The translations under genes and the position numbers were made by a program. From NCBI RefSeq assembly GCF_058153355.1, contig NZ_CM177019.1: a stretch of DNA of 64,000 nt, one strand, 5' to 3'. The notes under the pieces are model-generated. The model was not told the DNA's origin and ran no database searches. It saw only the letters and a list, made by a program, of their open reading frames with translations. Positions 54,554 through 64,000 of the stretch are shown here, piece after piece (the stretch's first letter is position 1; the number at the start of each line of letters is the position of its first letter).

Positions 54554-54715
54554 CTTTTTGCAGAGTGGGTATGAGGATTTTGGGGGAGAATTATATCGCG
54601 CGCAAGTGTTTACATATTGTGAACTTGGATTTGGTGAGCTATAGTTTCTGAACACATAAGGATAGAACTCGCAGATGTGGCTGTTTACTTACTATAAGGA
54701 AGTTAAAACTTAAAA

Positions 54716-55027
54716 ATGCACATCATTTCGAAAGCGCCATTTGAAGAGTCTGCGCGCAAATATCCTAACGACGCTCTGGCTCTACACTCATTGTATCGGG
54801 TTATTAAGGAAACGGATTTTTCTACGCCAGAAGAAATGCGAACGGCGTTTCCCAACCTCGACAATTTTAAATATCGCAACAAATGGTACGTTCTGGATGT
54901 CGGCGGGAACAATCTTAGGGTTATTGCCTACATAAACTTTGTTAATAAGCGGTTCTTTGTGAAGCACATAACGAATCATGCCGAGTATGACAAACTGACA
55001 CGTTACTACAGAGAGAACAAAGAATGA
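54716..55027 (+). CDS. higB: HigB-family type II toxin (RelE/ParE superfamily)
   Basis: 103 aa; shares FPNLDNFKY and VGGNNLRV with my recollection of K-12 HigB. Confidence 0.8.
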   Translation: MHIISKAPFEESARKYPNDALALHSLYRVIKETDFSTPEEMRTAFPNLDNFKYRNKWYVLDVGGNNLRVIAYINFVNKRFFVKHITNHAEYDKLTRYYRENKE

Positions 55028-55443
55028 CTGCTAATGCTGCACGCGCTGTTAAAGCAACAAGAGAACTGGTCAATGCAGTCCCCTTTCTGGGAGGCAGTGA
55101 CTCAGAAGATGATTATCGTGAAGCACTGGAACTGGTCGAATATTTGATTGAAGAAGATGACACCAATCCACTTATCGACTTTCTGGCGAGCCGCATTGCA
55201 GAGTATGAAAACAACCACGAAAAGTTTGCAGAGTTCGACAAAGCCGTTGCTGCAATGCCGGTTGGCGTGGCGTTACTTCGCACGTTGATTGATCAACATA
55301 ATCTGACCTATGCGGATTTGAAGAACGAAATCGGCTCTAAATCCCTGGTCAGTCAGATTTTGTCTGGACAAAGATCCCTGACGATATCCCACATTAAGGC
55401 ACTTTCAGCCCGATTTGGCGTTAAGCCGGAATGGTTTCTTTGA
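55024..55443 (+). CDS. higA: HigA-family antitoxin (HTH, XRE family)
   Basis: 139 aa; start overlaps the higB stop (ATGA); recalled HigA-like motifs including IGSKSLVSQILSG. Confidence 0.8.
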   Translation: MTANAARAVKATRELVNAVPFLGGSDSEDDYREALELVEYLIEEDDTNPLIDFLASRIAEYENNHEKFAEFDKAVAAMPVGVALLRTLIDQHNLTYADLKNEIGSKSLVSQILSGQRSLTISHIKALSARFGVKPEWFL

Positions 55444-55488
55444 TTTTGACTGATGCCAAACGCCAGATTGCCCGATGCGCAACGCTTA

Positions 55489-56718
<1,230 letters not shown>

Positions 56719-56748
56719 CATGCCTGCAATCTGGGAAACCGGGGTAGA

Positions 56749-56779
<31 letters not shown>

Positions 56780-56792
56780 TGTCGCACGAACT

Positions 56793-56830
56793 ATGTAGGC
56801 CGGATAAGGCGTTCACGCCGCATCCGGCAC
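56793..56830. repeat. REP palindromic unit downstream of ascB
   Basis: tgtaggccggataaggcgttcacgccgcatccggca. Confidence 0.6.
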
Positions 56831-56836
56831 GTTTGC

Positions 56837-59727
<2,891 letters not shown>

Positions 59728-59986
59728 CGGATTTTATCCTGTTATCAGTAGGGTAGAGGTAGTTGTTATCAGTCGACGTGACGGGAAATTGCCGATGCTG
59801 AAACGGAATTAAGAAACCGGTTTCACAAAATCATGAATAGTTGATACTGATTAAGCAAGAGAGTTAATTGCTCATTTTTTATATTTGTGAAACCGGTCAC
59901 CTGAATATTTTTCCCGCTGCTTGCGCAAGGACAATCAGCCAACGGTGCAGTACACTGCGTTGATTGCGTGTAAAGGGATGAAAATG

Positions 59987-60997
59987 ATGACGACGATGCT
60001 GGAAGTGGCGAAGCGCGCCGGGGTTTCAAAAGCGACCGTTTCCCGCGTGCTTTCAGGTAATGGCTACGTCAGCCAGGAAACTAAAGATCGCGTGTTTCAG
60101 GCGGTGGAAGAGAGCGGCTACCGCCCAAATTTGCTGGCGCGCAATCTGTCAGCGAAGAGTACCCAGACGCTGGGGCTGGTAGTGACCAACAGGCTTTACC
60201 ACGGCATTTATTTTAGTGAATTACTGTTTCATACCGCGAGAATGGCGGAAGAGAAAGGGCGTCAGCTGCTATTGGCAGATGGCAAACATAGCGCCGAAGA
60301 AGAACGCCAGGCGATTCAGTATCTACTGGATCTGCGCTGCGACGCCATTATGATTTACCCGCGCTTTTTAAGCGTGGATGAGATTGATGACATCATTGAT
60401 GCACACAATCAGCCGATAATGGTGCTCAATCGCCGCCTGCGCAAAAACAGTAGCCATAGCGTCTGGTGCGATCATAAACAGACCAGCTTTAACGCCGTGG
60501 CAGAGTTGATAAACGCCGGACATCAGGAGATTGCTTTCCTTACCGGTTCGATGGATTCCCCCACCAGCATTGAACGCCTTGCCGGATATAAAGACGCGCT
60601 GGCGCAGCATGGTATTGCACTCAATGAAAAACTTATCGCTAACGGTAAATGGACGCCTGCCAGCGGGGCCGAAGGGGTAGAAACGTTGCTCGAACGTGGG
60701 GCTAAATTTAGCGCGTTAGTTGCCAGTAACGACGATATGGCGATAGGTGCGATGAAAGCGTTGCATGACCGTGGTGTAGCGGTGCCGGAGCAAGTATCGG
60801 TTATTGGATTTGATGATATCGCAATTGCCCCCTACACCGTTCCGGCGCTCTCCAGCGTAAAAATTCCGGTGACTGAGATGATTCAGGAAATAATTGGGCG
60901 GCTGATATTTATGCTCGATGGTGGTGCTTACACACCGCCGAAAACCTTCAGCGGAAAACTGATCCGCCGCGACTCCCTCATTGATCTTTCGCGATAA
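59987..60997 (+). CDS. ascG: LacI-family repressor AscG, apparently intact
   Basis: 336 aa from MTTMLEVAKRAGVSKATVSRVLSG with HTH; ORF-track start 59921 is an upstream extension. Confidence 0.85.
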   Translation: MTTMLEVAKRAGVSKATVSRVLSGNGYVSQETKDRVFQAVEESGYRPNLLARNLSAKSTQTLGLVVTNRLYHGIYFSELLFHTARMAEEKGRQLLLADGKHSAEEERQAIQYLLDLRCDAIMIYPRFLSVDEIDDIIDAHNQPIMVLNRRLRKNSSHSVWCDHKQTSFNAVAELINAGHQEIAFLTGSMDSPTSIERLAGYKDALAQHGIALNEKLIANGKWTPASGAEGVETLLERGAKFSALVASNDDMAIGAMKALHDRGVAVPEQVSVIGFDDIAIAPYTVPALSSVKIPVTEMIQEIIGRLIFMLDGGAYTPPKTFSGKLIRRDSLIDLSR

Positions 60998-61010
60998 GCA
61001 TTGTCATCAC

Positions 61011-61046
61011 ATGTCATCGTCACTAGTGTCGATGACATCGTTTTTT
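61011..61046 (+). terminator. rho-independent terminator downstream of ascG
   Basis: atgtcatcg-tcactagtgt-cgatgacat stem-loop followed by cgttttttct. Confidence 0.55.
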
Positions 61047-61145
61047 CTGCATTGCAGAATTTAATTTCTTTAAATAACAATCAATTAAAAATTGGCATGA
61101 TTTGTGAATGTATCGGCGCATTAACTGTCATTGCTGGAGAATTTG

Positions 61146-61673
61146 ATGAACCGTTTCATCATTGCTGACGCGAGTAAATGTATTGGTTGTCGTACCTGTG
61201 AAGTGGCGTGCGTGGTTTCTCATCAGGAGAATCAGGACTGTGCATCGCTGACCCCGGAAACTTTTTTACCGCGAATCCATGTCATTAAAGGTGTGAACAT
61301 TTCCACGGCGACAGTCTGCCGTCAGTGTGAAGATGCACCGTGCGCTAACGTCTGCCCGAATGGTGCTATCAGCCGTGATAAAGGGTTTGTTCATGTCATG
61401 CAGGAACGTTGCATTGGTTGCAAAACCTGCGTTGTGGCTTGCCCGTATGGTGCGATGGAAGTGGTAGTGCGTCCGGTGATTCGCAACAGCGGCGCAGGGC
61501 TTAACGTACGCGCTGACAAAGCCGAAGCTAATAAATGCGACCTCTGTAACCATCGTGAAGACGGCCCGGCCTGTATGGCTGCTTGCCCGACCCATGCGCT
61601 GATTTGTGTCGATCGTAATAAACTTGAACAACTGAGCGCAGAAAAACGCCGCCGCACGGCGCTGATGTTCTAA
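61146..61673 (+). CDS. hydN: electron-transport iron-sulfur protein HydN
   Basis: 175 aa from [22 protein letters not shown] with four 4Fe-4S motifs; ORF-track start 61131 is an upstream extension. Confidence 0.9.
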   Translation: MNRFIIADASKCIGCRTCEVACVVSHQENQDCASLTPETFLPRIHVIKGVNISTATVCRQCEDAPCANVCPNGAISRDKGFVHVMQERCIGCKTCVVACPYGAMEVVVRPVIRNSGAGLNVRADKAEANKCDLCNHREDGPACMAACPTHALICVDRNKLEQLSAEKRRRTALMF

Positions 61674-61825
61674 AAATCTTACAGAACTGTTCTGGCATCA
61701 AAGGAATTCCCGGAAATATTCGTAGAATACGGAGCGGGCGGTATCGCCAACCTGTGACTACCGGATGCGACGCGGTCGTGTCCGGCTGGGCGGGTTACGC
61801 AATTCATGATGGCGGGAATAACTCA

Positions 61826-64000
61826 ATGGCAAAAAACACATCTTGCGGTGTCCAACTGCGTATTCGTGGCAAAGTGCAGGGCGTCGGTTTTCGTCCCTTT
61901 GTCTGGCAACTGGCACAGCAATTAAATCTTCACGGCGATGTCTGTAATGACGGCGATGGCGTAGAAGTCCGGCTGCTGGAAGACCCGGAAACGTTTCTTG
62001 TTCAATTGCATCAGGATTGTCCGCCGCTGGCGCGTATTGATAGCGTCGAATGTGAGCCGTTTATCTGGATGCAGCCGCCCACTGAGTTCATCATCCGCCA
62101 GAGTGCGGGCGGCGTCATGAATACGCAAATTGTTCCCGATGCCGCTACTTGTCCTGCCTGTCTTGCCGAAATGAATACCCCAGGCGAACGGCGTTATCGT
62201 TATCCGTTTATCAACTGTACCCATTGCGGCCCGCGTTTCACCATTATTCGCGCGATGCCTTACGACCGTCCATTTACCGTGATGGCGGCGTTTCCGCTAT
62301 GTCCGGCCTGCGATAAAGAATATCGCGACCCGCTCGATCGTCGCTTCCACGCCCAGCCGGTGGCCTGCCCGGAGTGTGGCCCACATCTTGAATGGCTAAG
62401 TCATGGTGAACATGCGAAACAAGAGGCGGCATTACAGGCGGCTATCGCTCAGTTAAAAATGGGCAACATTGTCGCTATCAAAGGGATTGGCGGATTTCAT
62501 CTCGCCTGCGATGCGCGTAACAGTAGCGCGGTGGCGACACTACGGGCGCGCAAACATCGCCCGGCGAAACCGCTGGCGGTTATGTTGCCAACGGCAGAAG
62601 GTTTGCCCGACGCTGCCCGTCAGTTGCTCACCACGCCCGCCGCGCCGATTGTACTGGTGGATAAAATATATGTTCCGGAACTTTGTGACGATATCGCCCC
62701 TGGCCTTAACGAAGTCGGGGTGATGTTGCCTGCGAATCCGCTCCAGCATTTGCTGTTACAGGAACTGCAATGCCCACTGGTGATGACCTCCGGCAACCTG
62801 AGCGGTAAACCACCGGCTATCAGCAACGAACAGGCGCTGGAGGACTTGCAGGACATTGCCGACGGATTCTTGATTCATAACCGCGACATCGTGCAGCGGA
62901 TGGATGATTCAGTGGTGCGCGAAAGTGGCGAAATGTTGCGCCGCTCGCGGGGGTATGTACCGGATGCGCTGGCTTTGCCTCCGGGCTTTAAAAATATTCC
63001 TCCTGTGCTGTGTCTCGGTGCGGATCTGAAAAATACCTTCTGTCTGGTGCGTGGTGAACAGTCGGTGTTGAGTCAACATTTGGGCGATTTAAGTGACGAT
63101 GGCATTCAGATGCAGTGGCGCGAAGCGTTGCGCCTGATGCAAAACATCTACGATTTTACTCCACAGTTTGTGGTGCATGATGCGCATCCGGGCTATGTCT
63201 CCAGCCAGTGGGCGCGTGAGATGAATCTGCCGACGCAAACGGTGCTGCATCACCATGCCCACGCGGCGGCGTGTCTGGCAGAACATCACTGGCCGCTGGA
63301 TGGCGGTGATGTCATTGCTTTGACGCTCGACGGTATTGGTATGGGCGAGAACGGCGCTTTATGGGGCGGCGAGTGCTTGCGGGTGAACTATCGCGAATGC
63401 CAGCACCTGGGCGGTTTGCCTGCGGTGGCGCTTGCTGGTGGCGATTTGGCTGCAAAGCAGCCGTGGCGAAACCTGCTGGCGCAGTGCCTGCGCTTTGTAC
63501 CGGAGTGGCAGAATTACCCTGAAACGGCAAGTGTGCAACAGCAAAACTGGAGCGTGCTGGCGCGGGCCATTGAGCGTGGAATTAACGCGCCGCTGGCGTC
63601 ATCGTGTGGGCGTTTGTTCGATGCTGTGGCGGCGGCACTGGGCTGTGCGCCAGCCACGTTAAGTTATGAAGGTGAAGCGGCTTGTGCTCTGGAGGCGCTC
63701 GCAGCTTCGTGCCACGGAGTGACGCATCCGGTGACGATGCTGCTGGTGGACAATCAACTGGATCTCGCCACTTTCTGGCAGCAGTGGCTGAACTGGCAGG
63801 CACCGGTTAATCAACGCGCGTGGGCATTTCATGATGCGCTGGCGCAGGGTTTTGCCGCGTTGATGCGTGAGCAGGCCACGATGTGCGGTATCACTACGCT
63901 GGTATTTAGCGGTGGGGTTATTCATAACCGTTTGCTGCGTGCACGTCTGGCGCATTATCTTGCTGATTTTACGTTGCTCTTCCCGCAGAGTTTACCGGCG
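61826..64000 (+). CDS. hypF: carbamoyltransferase HypF, partial; 3' end runs off the window edge
   Basis: ATG 61826, [25 protein letters not shown] acylphosphatase domain then zinc-finger CxxC pairs; frame open to the window end, so absent from the ORF track. Confidence 0.9.
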   Translation, partial: MAKNTSCGVQLRIRGKVQGVGFRPFVWQLAQQLNLHGDVCNDGDGVEVRLLEDPETFLVQLHQDCPPLARIDSVECEPFIWMQPPTEFIIRQSAGGVMNTQIVPDAATCPACLAEMNTPGERRYRYPFINCTHCGPRFTIIRAMPYDRPFTVMAAFPLCPACDKEYRDPLDRRFHAQPVACPECGPHLEWLSHGEHAKQEAALQAAIAQLKMGNIVAIKGIGGFHLACDARNSSAVATLRARKHRPAKPLAVMLPTAEGLPDAARQLLTTPAAPIVLVDKIYVPELCDDIAPGLNEVGVMLPANPLQHLLLQELQCPLVMTSGNLSGKPPAISNEQALEDLQDIADGFLIHNRDIVQRMDDSVVRESGEMLRRSRGYVPDALALPPGFKNIPPVLCLGADLKNTFCLVRGEQSVLSQHLGDLSDDGIQMQWREALRLMQNIYDFTPQFVVHDAHPGYVSSQWAREMNLPTQTVLHHHAHAAACLAEHHWPLDGGDVIALTLDGIGMGENGALWGGECLRVNYRECQHLGGLPAVALAGGDLAAKQPWRNLLAQCLRFVPEWQNYPETASVQQQNWSVLARAIERGINAPLASSCGRLFDAVAAALGCAPATLSYEGEAACALEALAASCHGVTHPVTMLLVDNQLDLATFWQQWLNWQAPVNQRAWAFHDALAQGFAALMREQATMCGITTLVFSGGVIHNRLLRARLAHYLADFTLLFPQSLPA

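Overview
This 64 kb window reads as an Escherichia coli chromosomal segment, in reverse orientation relative to K-12 numbering, running from ygcG/queE through the ygc cluster, cysJIH, iap, cysDNC, ftsB-ispDF-truD-surE-pcm-nlpD-rpoS, mutS, ygbA, fhlA, hypEDCBA, hycABCDEFGHI, ascBFG and hydN to the 5' part of hypF. All calls rest on reading the six-frame translations and the nucleotide sequence by eye; no database search was run, and gene names are from recalled similarity to K-12 proteins. The core genes are syntenic with K-12, but several places look accessory or degenerate. (1) Between hycI and ascB there is a roughly 3 kb islet carrying two unknown ORFs, a higB/higA toxin-antitoxin pair and a complete IS621-like IS110-family element whose 5' non-coding region matches what I recall of the IS621 bridge RNA; this is the most notable system in the window, though it was described in 2024 rather than being new. 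(2) The type I-E CRISPR-Cas locus between cysH and iap is reduced to a cas3 pseudogene (in-frame amber stop, 3' end missing) running straight into a three-repeat, two-spacer array; casABCDE, cas1 and cas2 are absent. (3) A Hok/Mok-type type I toxin gene, too short for the ORF track, sits between cysH and cas3. (4) hycB is split by a frameshift consistent with an internal deletion of about 89 bp. (5) The rpoS-mutS interval carries a MarR-regulator plus UbiX/UbiD-type decarboxylase cluster and a Sel1-repeat protein instead of the K-12 ygbI-N genes. (6) A strong intrinsic terminator and a consensus CRP site lie in the ygcW leader. I did not find a clearly undescribed system; the unknown ORFs in the hycI-ascB islet and the AT-rich small ORF downstream of queE are the least explained parts.
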